Shown: piece after piece, positions 37,510-50,000 of the stretch | Layout of the letters: each line of letters starts with the position of its first letter | How positions within the stretch are numbered: position 1 is the first letter of the stretch | Assembly: GCA_965112155.1 (NCBI GenBank) | Contig: OZ218102.1 | Origin: Podarcis liolepis | Taxonomy: Eukaryota | Direction: 5' to 3' (one strand) | DNA length: 64,000 nucleotides | Notes under the pieces: model-generated | Seen by the model: the letters and a program-made list of their open reading frames with translations, nothing else | What the model was told of the DNA's origin: nothing | Database searches by the model: none | Program-made: the position numbers and the translations under genes

Positions 37510-39287
37510 CATTTTTAGCAAGATGGCACATGAATCTGGGAACTCCTGGATACAAAGATAGGAATGATAGCCTCCTTTGAAGGGCTCGTATAACAGTTGC
37601 TGAGAACATATATGTGGAGTTGTGGAGTGCTTTGAATGCTGTAAAAGTGCTGTTATTCTTAACGCATGGCCCTCATTATGCACAACTCGCGTGCAGAGCT
37701 CAAGTGTGTTGAAAAGTGACTTGGACCATTTGTTTAGCCCTATCACAAGAGTCATTTTGCTTCTCCTCCATCCACCTTTGAGGTCCTTCTGTTGAGGATA
37801 GTGCCTGCAGCAGGGAACTTTCTCTGTGTACGGAGGCTGCCTGTGTAATTGAGAACCCTGATCAGCTTGCCTCCTAAACATCAGTAACATACAAAGAGCA
37901 CTATTCAGTCCTATGCATCCTGCAAGGAACTTGAGGAAGTGTATCCTGTGCATTAGGTTAAGCTGATGGGCTGGGACCTGCCAAGGCCACCCAGTAGTGA
38001 AACATGAATTTGAACCCAGACCTCTCCAGTCCACGTTCAACACTCTGCTCTCTACAGCACAATTAAGAATTCTACTTTCAAAGTGAAAAACTCATTAGAA
38101 AGTCATTGCAATGTATCTCTGAAGCAAATATGTATAAGCAGAAAGCACTAATTCACAACAAGCTGAAATAGCAACAAGAGCAACAACAGATAATCTTTTT
38201 GTGGTTGTTTTTCTAAACAGCATGTGTAATAATAATAACTGATTAATTGGGAGGTGTTTAAAATATGCAGAATGTGAGTTAGTGTTGCTAGACATCAAGT
38301 CAAGCTATTTTTGTATAGACTGGAAATGTAGTTAAGAGTTCTATTTTAGTTGTGTGTAACCCAGACAATGACCTTTTCACTACACTGGTAACTCCATATG
38401 CTCTGCTCCACCTCACCATATCTATGGACAAATAAGTAATCATGGCTGTGTGCAGCCTTTGTCAGAGTAATGTGAGTTTCTTGCCAAGAAGCTTTTGGTT
38501 TTGTGAACTGAGCACATTTGCATTTTCTTAATTACTTTGCATAATTTAATCTACTGTCAAGCTTCAGGGAAGCTATTTCAAATAATTTTTATTATGGGGC
38601 ATATATTTGGATGGCAGAGAGGAAAGGCATATAGCTTGACAGCAGGCAGACAACATAGACAGGAAAAAGTAAATATCAGAGCCCCAAAGACCCCTGATTG
38701 TTTGAGACACTTCTTTTAGTTCCTCCTTATTTCTGAACCTCTCCCAGAGTATACCAAGACATTACTCAACATCAGCACTCACTAGTTTTGTGTGCCTGGT
38801 GCAAATCTAAATTTGATATTACCACACTAATGTAATTAAATTAGAACCTCCTGTTCTTTATACACCTAGACCCAGTTTGAATGTGATGTCCAGTGCATGG
38901 CTATGAGGTGGACAAATGGCAAAATAGCACCATCCCAGAATACCACTCTGTAGAGACAGATAACATCTGCATAGGGAAGATATTCTCTTCCTGTCCTTGT
39001 GGTATGCCAGGTCTCCAATCTCCTTGGGTAAATTCTACTTCAAGAAAGCAACTGATTGTAGAATGCCCGAGTTTCAAGTGTTAATCCTCTCATCTTCAAG
39101 AGTTGGCTTCTGACTTTAGAAAATACTTCAGTAAGAGGGTGCAGAAGAATGCAAAATGGGCATGATTGCAGATTCTTGTGATCACATGACTAGGTAGTTA
39201 CAGTACCAGATTATACAGCAACTCAAATGTTTACTCAGACTGAATTCCTTGGGGTTGGTCTCCTAGAAAGTAGGTTTAAAGTGAGTA

Positions 39288-39531
39288 CAGTCGTACCTTG
39301 GATCCCAAATGCCTTGTGACACAAAGGTTTTAGCTCCTGAACGCCACAAACCCAGTGTTCCGGTTTGCAAGCAGTCTTTGGAAGCCGAACGTCCAACACA
39401 GCTTCTGCAGCTTCTGATTGGCTGCAGGAAGCTCCTGCAGCCAATCGGAAGCCGTGCCTTGGTTGTCAGATGTTTTTGGAAGTCAAACAGACTTCCGGAA
39501 TGGATTCCGTTCGACAACCAAGGTACGACTG
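39288..39531. mobile_element. Tigger/pogo-like MITE family B
   Basis: 14-bp perfect TIR CAGTCGTACCTTGG / CCAAGGTACGACTG; TA on the left, right TA mutated; internal hairpin gattggctgcagga..tcctgcagccaatc. Confidence 0.85.
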
Positions 39532-40649
39532 GACTTCCCAATTTAAACTAACTATAAAGGCATTTCCAATGAATGAGGCATTTTGGGAGTTACTGGCATG
39601 CTGACACCGGACGTTAGAAGATATTTTATGCATCATTTCTGAGTTTTGCAGGCAGCTACCATTGCCGGGGAAGGTCCAATTTAACAGCTAATGCAGCAGT
39701 CCTGACAGTTGCAGCTACTCCAATGTCCCATGCTGTAAATGAGTAAAACTGTGAAGACATGCCTGCACCGCTTAACATTCACTTGTCATGTGGCTGCAGA
39801 GTCCCAGAGTGAGTCTGTCGTATGTATAAATGTCCAACCTGGTGCTTAATGTCAATGTCCTGCAGGTGACATTTTATTAAAAGCAACAACATTGCAGGGA
39901 ATTCTTAGGTTAGAACTATAGGTGTAGCTGACACTAGCAGTTTAAATGAGCAATTTATTTTAGTTACGTGCCCAGATTGTGATAACGCTACACAAATAAA
40001 TCTATTGTGAAGTGACTTAACTTGTGAACAGACTGCATCTTGGCATAAACTTATTAATTTAGTTTAAGGTTTCCAATAAAAAGAACATGTAATTTTGGTA
40101 TTTACTTTCCTGAATTCCTAACCTGTATATCTTTCGTGCTTTGATGCTGTTTTAAATTACTCTGTTTTCCCAGATGTGCTTTCCCTTTGTTCTTTCCCAG
40201 CTTTTATAGTTGATCTATGCACTATTGTACAAATCAAAGTACAAATGATATACTCCCCTCCCCATAGCCCAAAGCAGTGTGTGGTGGAGAGTGGAAACTG
40301 ATGAGTGCAAATTTGTATAGCTTTCATCCACTTTGCAAATTTCACAATAATTATGGGGCCATTATGTGCGTTTTGAGTACAGATGCAGCATAAACCTGCA
40401 CCAAAATGAGGACAAAACATATTGTTTTAGTTTTTTAAAGTTAATCTGGTGCTCATTTTGACTGATATGAAATCTGACATTTGGCATAGCATCTCTAAAT
40501 CACAGTTTGGTCCAATAAAATATTAATTCATGAATTGCTTGTCTATATTACACAAATATATTTATTATACTGCCCTTCAAAATCAAACTAGTTTCTCTTA
40601 CACTACTCACACATGTTGAGTTGCATCTTGACTTGAGACCCATGCGCAC

Positions 40650-40797
40650 CATACATTTAAAGCACATTTCCCCCACCCCCAGAATCCTGGGAACTGTAAT
40701 TTATCCCCCATAGTCAAAATTCTCAACACCCTTAACAAACTGCAGTTCCCAGGATTCTTTGGAGGGGGGGTTCTTTAAATGATTTGTATGCAGCCTA
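40650..40797. mobile_element. Palindromic MITE remnant
   Basis: Arms agaatcctgggaactg / cagttcccaggattct and catttaaag / ctttaaatg. Confidence 0.65.
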
Positions 40798-43700
40798 GGT
40801 TAGCTAGTTCCCACTGCAATTGGTGAGACTTCAGGTATGACTAACTTGTCCCATTGATTTCAATGAGACCTAAGTTCAGCTAACTAAATATGGATCCAAT
40901 CCAAGGTTTCAAGACCAGATTTTGACTCATGGTTGGTAATCTGCTGAAGGGCTTATAAAATAGCAGATAGACTCTAATATAAAATATAAAAAGTGATCTG
41001 AGCAGGCCTTTAGCTAAGCATACAGATTTTGCCATGAAATTTCATTCCCATGCTAGTCTGAGTTTTTGTTGGAATCTGACTCTTTGCAACATATGTTCTT
41101 GTTTCTCTCAATAAACATAACTGTCTTGTTGGCCAGAATCTAGGGGAAACACCAGCAAGGCCAACATTTGTCCTGATGTCCCTCCAGCAAAACCAAGAGC
41201 ATGATTTCAGGACTCATTGTGGTCCAAAAAGAATCTTATAGTTATATTAACTTTGAGACATCTATGTTTGTCTTTGATACATGCTGTTGAATAAATTAGG
41301 AAATATAATTGCAAAGAAAGAGACATTGCTGCTAATAGATTAAGTTTGCAGACTGTTGCACAATTTATATATAATAAAATCAGTTGAAATATCAGCACCT
41401 AATTATCCTAGAAACAGAAAGTTCCTAGGCTCAGTTAGCTGCAATGAACCCCCCTCTTAAATCAATGGGACCTATGCCATTGATTTCTGAGGGAACTAAG
41501 TTCAGCTAATTCTGGATCCAACCCAGGATTGGTAAGAAAACTGGAAAAGTAAAGCCTGTATTGTGTAATGAGGTAGACCATGTTTTTTTATTGGAACTTA
41601 ATTCACTAATTTGTTGTCAAGCTTGTTATTTGTGTTATGCAGAAAAATATTAAGCAGTTCAGTAAGATTTTCTTTTGGTAATCAGTTTTTAAAAAATGCA
41701 CCACCTCATTTAGAGAGAAAAGATATGGTGAGCTAAATCATAGGGTCCATTTGCCTAGATTTATACTGACATGAAATCACAGTGGGAAACATTTGATTTT
41801 GAATAATTTGAACAAGAGGAAAGTTATTTCTTTCGGGTCAGATTCATAGAAATCCATTTCTTGGGCAAAGCTTTTATTGCCCCCACATCTTACAACACAG
41901 CTGCTGCATAGAGATGCTTCAGCCGTCCACTGTGACCCATGCTGCAAACTGTTCTGTGTGTATTAGTTCACCATGTAGCGGCAAGGAAACAAATTGTGTT
42001 GTCGAGGCCCATCTATTTTCTTGCTAGTTGCCAGGAGTGGGAACCTGTGGCTCTGAATATGTTGTTGGACTCCATGCTCCAGTCACTCTCTGACCTTTGG
42101 CTCTGTTAGCTGGGGCTGACGGAGACCAACAAGGTCTGCAGAGCCCCAAGTTCCCTCACCACTGCCTTAAATCATTTGCCAAATGGAGTAACTATTATGT
42201 GGAGGGTGTTTTTCAGAAGCCCATAAAATAGCTTGGTACATCATCCCAAGACCTCAGAGCAGTAGCTCTGAAGAGAATTATTGACAGGACCAGTCTTAGC
42301 ATTGGTGAGGCCGCCACCTCAGGCAATGTATGCTGCAGAACTAGCAGAGGGCTTGGTGGTGAGACACTGGAACATACAGCTGTGTTTGCCACATGACCTG
42401 CCCTCCCTGCTGCCTTAAGGCATGATGGAGGATGCCCTTCCATCACCAGAGTTGAAGTGACAGTCACCTGTTGTTCAGCCAGCTTCTGGATGTGGAAATG
42501 GGGGGCGGGAAGGGATGCCACCTTTTCCCCTTTGCCTCAGGCACCCAAAATGTCTTTAGTCAGTCTTTGTTATTAATGAACACTGCACTGTTAACTTCCT
42601 TGAAGAGAATAGATATTATGTAAGAGTTTGGTCCCAAATTATGCCTTTGACTCCTTTTAATCTATAATACAGAAATCATATGGTCTTCATTAGGATGATA
42701 TTGTGTAGATGCCAAGCTGTTATGTGAGGCAGATCTACAGCCTGTTCGCAAAGGTTCACAAGGCATATGAGGTAGCAGCAGTTCTTTACTCCATTCACTC
42801 CCTGAGAAATAAATGGAGGCGGGGTTTGCTCAGTACCATTACATGAGACCCTAGTAGATTTGGATTTCAACCTTGGTTTCCAAGATATACACCCAACATT
42901 GTATGCACTGGACATTGCTGGCATGGAAGCATCCATTTACTATGGGACATGGTGTCTGGTACTTGAAATGATACATACCTTTCAAGTTAGAGCTTCATTA
43001 TATGCAGGAGGCTCCAAGTTCAGTCCCTGCCATCTTCTATTTCAAACAGAAGACACTGGTAGTCAATGGAGACAGTACTAAACTAGATGGGTGGGGCAAT
43101 GGCCTGGATCCATATAGGGAATCTTCCTGTGTTTCTGTGTGTATGACAGCTTTCTATATACAGTTAGAGTATTTTTTATTTATTAAATGCTTTAGCATGA
43201 TTGCCACTTGGTGCAATACCACTGGTTTCCTTCGTATGTCTTTTTCTCTCTTCTATAAGAAATCAAGAAGTGTTGCTTCCACCACTGGTCTATTGGTTAC
43301 AGGGGTGCCAATATTGAAGGGGGGGAGGCAGGTAAGCCCCGGCCTGCATAATTGATCACAAATAGTGGTGCATGCAAACCATTTGAATGGCAATGCCCAT
43401 CAAATTGGGTGGGGGGTGGCCCCCTCAAATATTTTATTGGAAGGGACCTCGGGCCCCTAGGAGTTGGCAATGTAACACGTATTTCATGAGGAAGAGGAAT
43501 CTATTACTATAGATAGATCTTCAAGCCTACTGCTCATAGCTTTTTTCTGGAAATCAAAAGAACAAAGCCCTATCTATCTGAAATCAGAGAGGATATTTAG
43601 ATTAGGCAGGATGTAGCTACTAAGAGGGGATTTTGATTAGGCAGGATGTAGAATGCAGTCACAGTTGCTATTATAAATAATATAATCTAACTTCTCTCTC

Positions 43701-45569
43701 TTACTCACCAGACAGTTTTAATAAAAGAAGAATACCCCAAGCTCTGTAATGGCTAACATCCTGGGCACTTCCTAGCCTGGGTCAAAGCCAGTCAGTCTGC
43801 TGCCTTCACTGAGTCACGCACATGCTAACTAGCTGGTGCTCTCTCACAAAAGATGTGTAGCCACATGACTTGTGGAGCAGGTAAATTCCTAACACTCTGA
43901 TTCATTTTGCAGGAATAAGCTGTGTGAGGTGAATTATTATGTTTCTGTGACGAGGCGTGTCTGTCTTGGTTCTCTCTTGGAGGTAGCACCATTTAGATCT
44001 AAGCAGCGACAGTCAAATATGGACCCAGTGTTCTGTGAATCAACAGCCAAGCTTCAGTTTAAAGTAGAGCATGGAAAGATGGTCAGAATCTGGTCTCCAC
44101 CGCCTATATCTTGCTGTTACAATTTTCATGATGACACTGGATTCTTAGCCACTGATATAGGATAGGACATTATTGATTTTGCCTACTGCACCCACATGCA
44201 TATTGAGCAGGCTATTGCTGCCAGTCTGATTATTCTGTACACAGTCCTGCTCTCGGTTTATGTAGCATGGGACCCTGTTTATTCTGCAACAGGAGGATTA
44301 CGTGATTCACATGTGATCAATGATCTATGGTTGGGCAGCTGATAAGTAGTGAGAAATGGTTCATGTATCTGGTCCTCTTGCTTGTGTTGTTTACATAGAT
44401 AGGATATGCCCCTTGGGTGCAATTTGCCAGCATTCCCACCTAGTAAGTATGGCGTGTCACTTCACCTTTCAAACTGAACCACCGTGTGTTTAAGTTCAGA
44501 AGCTGCCATTTCCGGGAAAGCACAGGAACTTTGCCAATGGTTGCCATGGGATATCAGGAAGCCCAATAGTGGCCCAACTCCTCCAGAAAGTTGAAACAAG
44601 TGCACAGACCATACACTCATCCTTGGATCTTTGATAGGATAATCAAATAATGCACATGTCTGCTCAGGGTGCCTATTAATCTTTCCAGGGAGGAAATTAA
44701 AGCCAATTTGGACCTTGCAGAGAAAAGGGAATAGCAGACACATGAATCATTCCCATTTCCAATGTAATGTCAGAAGCAGGGGCATGTGACTCACACAGTG
44801 AATTGGAGTTAGAGTTCACACCTAAATCAATAGCCTGTTATTTGGAGTAAAAGAAGCTAGAGGACCCTGATCTGTGACTTTTATTGCCTGGACTACTTTA
44901 TTCCCTGAAGTGTATTTTCTCACTTTTTCAGTGCAGTTCTAAATGCTCCAAGTCACATGTTGGTCCTACCTTTTTCCTTAGAAGATTAATCTGCAGCATT
45001 TTAGCGTCTCATCCGTCTTCCACATATAGTAGTTGGCTTTCAAGTGTTCCGATGACAGTTGGGGGCCTATGCAACGCAATCACTGTTTATGACTCCTAAA
45101 CACTATTTGTTCCCTTTGAAAAAACACACAACCCTTTTAAAGTCTTGGCAATTGACAGTACAAGGCATGTATCTGCACAGCGCAAAAGATTAAAATAATC
45201 TGCTTTCTTAGCAGGGTTGGAAAATCCCATTTTCAGATCAAAGCAGCCACCACATTCTCCAGAGCCAATGGACAGAAAGCACCTTAGTGAGAGAATTCAG
45301 CAACCAAAAACTTTGCTGGAAAATACAGTTATCTTCAGTAGTATGGAGGCAGTTAATTAAGCCCATGCTGATTGCACCATGGGCTTGTGGTTACCTGTGG
45401 TTACTGGGCGTCTGTAGCAGAGCCCTATAATACAAGCAGGGAGAGGGAAAATGGTGTCTCGTAAAGAAATAAAGAAATGCTTACTGAACTGTTACTATGG
45501 TCAGAATGCAACATGCTAAGACCATGTAAGAAAGTAAAGAAGTCCCCAAGAGCTGCTCCCCTGCTCCCA

Positions 45570-45690
45570 TTCATAGGATCTTGGAATTGTAGAGTTGGAA
45601 GGGACCCCAAGAGTCATCTAGTCCAACCCCAATGCAGGAATCTCAACTAAAGCATCCATGACAGGTGGCCACCCAGGCTCTGCTTTATAT
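45570..45690 (-). mobile_element. CR1-like LINE 3' end fragment
   Basis: agagttggaagggaccccaagagtcatctagtccaacccc..., homologous to 19410-19545. Confidence 0.7.
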
Positions 45691-46707
45691 CCTGCATTCA
45701 TTCCTGTGGAACTCACACAAGTTTAGCTTGCTGCATTTTATTGTGCAAGCCTCAAGTTTCAGAATGTAATGGGTGTGCTGATCTGCTCCACTTCACTTTC
45801 CACAAGTGAGAAACAGTCCCTCTGATACAGGGCCAGCCACATATCCTAGGCAGTGGTGGCTGGTGTCCACTGGGACTGGAAGAGCTTAAGGTAGGGAGGC
45901 CAGTAGGAGCCAAGGCCAGAACCAATGGCAGGTGGAGCCAAATGTTTTGTCCCCATTCTCCTCCTCACTGAGTTCTACGAGGGCAAAACAGGGTCAAGAG
46001 GAGGAAGCTAAGGTCTAGGGCCACCCCTAACCCTAGCCAACGTGTAAGGCAAGAAGGTAGGGCTGGCTGAGGGCAGGCTGAGATTGGTGGGACAGTTCCC
46101 CATTCACCCATTGATCATAGGGATTTTCCTGATCAGTTTTGTTCTGGATGGATGGGGCACAGGATGTTTCCTCATAGCTGGAATGGCCAGCACTGCAGGT
46201 GTGCTGTGCAGAGAGACCCCTAGAATTGTGTCTTTGGAATGCAAAACCCCCAAGTCCCCTTCTAGCTGTCACGTTAGCAATCCCTTGCTCTAAACTTCTG
46301 GCCCCACTCGCTATGTGGCTCCACTGCATGCTCCCAAGCGACTGTGGCTCTCAGTGTGTGAGGACTAGTCAGTGGGGCAGGGCAGGGTGGGGCTGTGCTC
46401 CTCACCTGGCTTCCCAGTGCCAGGCTCATTGCTGATGTTCCCTTGCCCGCACCTGCGCCACATCAACCTCCCTGCCGCCTCTCCCCTCTCCCTCTCTGTA
46501 ACAAGCAGCTAATTGTTATTGGCAGCAAATGAGTCAATATATGCAACTGATGTCAGTAACACATACCTTGAGTTTCAGGAATATGTCAATAAGAAATACT
46601 GATGTTGCTAATGTGGCTTTTTAAGATGCCACTGAAGTGGTGTGGAATAATTATGTAACCATGTTTTGAAATGGTGAAGTGAACCCCTCACTGTGGACTT
46701 TATAACT

Positions 46708-47008
46708 CAGGGGACGGCAAGGTTTACCTCACCTGGGCCAGTTCACTCTAGTGGAGATCCCTCCGTGGGCCGGATTTCACGCGTGTGTGAGTGCACTTGC
46801 CTGCGATTTCCGGCGTCTGTGCAGACATGATTTCCAATGCCTGCATCTTCACAGACGTGATTTCTGGCGCAGCAGAAGCGAGTCCCCGCACCATGCTGCA
46901 CCGGTTTAGTGCAGTGTGCAGGGACTAGCCGAGCGGGCGGCTTGTGAGCCAGTTAAACGACCCCCGTGGGCTGCTTTTGGCCCATGGGCATTAGGTTGGC
47001 TACCCCTA
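46708..47008. mobile_element. hAT (Charlie-like) non-autonomous element with 8-bp TSD
   Basis: CAGGGG...CCCCTA termini; TSD ttataact at 46700-46707 and 47009-47016; CpG-rich interior. Confidence 0.85.
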
Positions 47009-50000
47009 TTATAACTGATAAAAGAATAATACCCTTCCCCCAGATTAATTAAGAGGACATCTGCTGAATATTCAAAGATCAATGTTTTCCACAAGTCTGG
47101 TGCCTGTACATTCTGGCTTTTGATGCCAGGTATAAAGATTTTAATAAAGAATTGGTAGAGTGATAATGTGAATATGAAAATGAATTTGTAGTTGAGGAAG
47201 ATTTAATTTTCGTAGGTACATTATTCATGTTGGTGAGATCAGCATCAATGGAAGTAGCTGAAGCTAGTTCTGAACTGGTCATGGGGGAATTTCATGAAGG
47301 CATTCTTGAAAGATATGTGTTCAAAACAAGCGGCAAATTAATTCAAGCTTACTTTATATAAATATTCTTTCAGAGAGTGCTGAAGGTACCTCTGGTGGAC
47401 ATTGCCTAGGGATTTCCCACTAATGGAAATAGTTCCTGGTTAAAATCCTCAAAGGCTTTTAGCCGAAACCAAATTATTTAAGGTATTGGGAGTTATTTAA
47501 TCAGAAGTTTGCTTCTTCAATAAGGATGCTTTTAAGGTATGCAGCATCTGGCCTGCCAGTCGTGAAGATCTAACTGCAAATTCTTGTTGGCAATTCAGTT
47601 TTTAAAATGATGGACGTGTTTGATGTAAATTAGAATGGAGGAAGAACTGAATGAATAATTATACTGGAGAGAAATCCTCACCCTTTGACAGTCTGAGAAC
47701 AACCGGGTTGCTGTAAGGGATCCACTGGCACTCTAAACAAAGAGGGCTAGCTATCTATTCTGCAGAAGTTGTGTAAAGAGTTCCTCATCGGGAGAAAACA
47801 ATGGTCCTTCTGAAATTGGTGCCTGCCAGTTTGCAAGTAAGAAAGGATGCCATTGATTCTGAAAACTGTGCATGAATAAATACCAGTCTTTAAACGTAAT
47901 TGGAAGGAGCAGTCACATTGTAAGAGGGAATGTGGGAGTGGGTTAGTGGGAGTCAAATGCTGAAGACAGATGGCACAAATAATTGAAGGGATAAATAAGA
48001 TGTGTGGCGAATCAATGTCACTTTCTCCTCATATTCTCCTTCAAAGTCCGGCTCTCTGGGGCTTGATTTGTCTATTGTGGTGAGGTGTGTCAACTTTATA
48101 ATTTGCCTCACAAAGTAGAAGTCAAAGGCTTGGAATATCCTACAGTTACAAAAAGTTTGCCTGGTCAAAGAAACTGCCTTATTTGCTTTTGCATCTGCTT
48201 TCCTTGGAGATCAACTAGTATATATGTAGTGAACAATGGTGTCAGCAGAGCCTTTGCCCTGCTTGTGATGGATGTCAAAGGATTCAGGACCATTGTTTCC
48301 TTAGATAGATCCCCTGTGGTTTCATGGCAGTTTAATTACACCCAAATACTGCTTTCCTTTGTCTGAACTTCCCATTAATCCAAGGTTCCAGGTATCCCTG
48401 ACGATAAAGGGAGTTGCAAAACATATTTACATTTCAAATTACATATGTGGAGGTTTTCTTGCCTTTAAAAAAAAATATATGCATGAACATAACACTACAA
48501 AATTTTGTGACATAATCTCACAGGACTTGAGGAATGTAACTGTATGCTTTGGGTAGGAACTTATTGTGAAGGATGGCATTTCAGCAGAATCTCTTGTTGC
48601 AAAAGTATGCTCTGACCTGAAGTGACTGAACTATATACTTGTACTCAGTCGCTTCTTCGAACAACTTCATCATTTGCTTTGATGTCACAGTACACTCTGC
48701 AAGTGAATGCTTATGCAGACATCTTAATTTCCTGCTCAGAGACAATCTCCATTGTTCATTCTGAAAGTTCATGTACTGGGCAGGTGCTGCCTTCATTTGC
48801 ACATGTAGCATAGAAGTCACACATTGAGGCAAACTGGTGTTTTCCAATATGGATATTACACCCATGGAAGTAGATCATAACATATTAAACACCCCCTAGA
48901 GGTGTGTGTTGAGGAGAGGGTCTTCTTTTCTCAAAGTTTCTCTGCTGGAAGTTTAACTCCGCATTCCTGAAAAGCAGCTGCTGAGAAATCTAGAAGGGTG
49001 GTTGTTATTTTTTCCCATTCTACAAAACAAAAAAAACTCCAGCTGTTTGCAAAGATTTGCCAATTTTTAATTGGATGGTCAAAATGTACAGTAACAGCAG
49101 GTCACAACCCAGAAGCCAAGGAACTTCCAGTGTTTCAGTCTGGGTGACTTTGAATACTGAGTCATTGATGTATTCTGTTCTCAGAACAAATCCAAAGGGA
49201 ATAGCCCTTAGTTTAGTAGATTGCAAGCCTGGGTGTAATGCCGTGTGTCTCTTTTTTGTTTGTATCAAATACAATGATAGGTGTGGTCTGTGTAGTTGGT
49301 GGCTGAAATGAAATAAACAAGAAGTAGCTCTAGCTCACTGGCTCACACATAGGGGTTGCTGGAAGTGATTGCCCATGGCTATATGGGAAGAGCTTGATAC
49401 ACCAAGCTTTTATGTATGTATCCTATCTGAGTGACCGTCTTTAACTTCCTCTAACTCAGTGGCTCAAGTGAAAGTGAATGATAAAGGGGGAAATGACTCT
49501 GTGCGATGAGAACGTGCGTGATTTGAAGTGATAACTTCCTGCGATTCTCCACAGCTGCTTAGCAGCTGTGCCTCAACAATGACCTTGTAGTAAAAGAGGC
49601 AAAATCACAAGTGTGTTTGATGGTCAGTTGAATCCCCCATGACAGAGATCGGGAACTTGTGGCCCTCCAGATGTTGTTGAACTTTGACTCCTATTAGCCA
49701 TGCTGGCTGAGTCTGATGGGAGTCTGAGGACCACAAACCCCCCATCCCTGCTCTCAGAGGATGAACTTCCATAGTTGGTTCTGTTAGATAACACCTACAC
49801 AGCATTTGCTTCAAAACAGTGTTAAAGTGCTAGGGTGTTTATATTATTCTGTATCTGTGTGGTGCTACTGGTCCATACTCTGACTTTTCCAGTTAAGATT
49901 TATCCAAAATCTCGGTCAAATGAGATGGTGGCTCAGGAAGGAATTCCTACTTCCCTAGCATGTTCTTCATGCCCATAAATACATCTGCCTAACGCATTGA

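Noticed and set aside
37339-38043. Longest ORF in the track (234 aa, minus strand)
   Set aside because: Begins in a SINE-like remnant and ends in a CR1 tail; no domain or splice support.
48960-49010. EKQLLRNLE-like stretch as AFAP1L2 exon 2 (also EELLRKIVE at ~51380)
   Set aside because: Only superficial similarity to ALEQLLTEL; the downstream LDxENLSST motif and a suitable phase-1 exon structure are absent.
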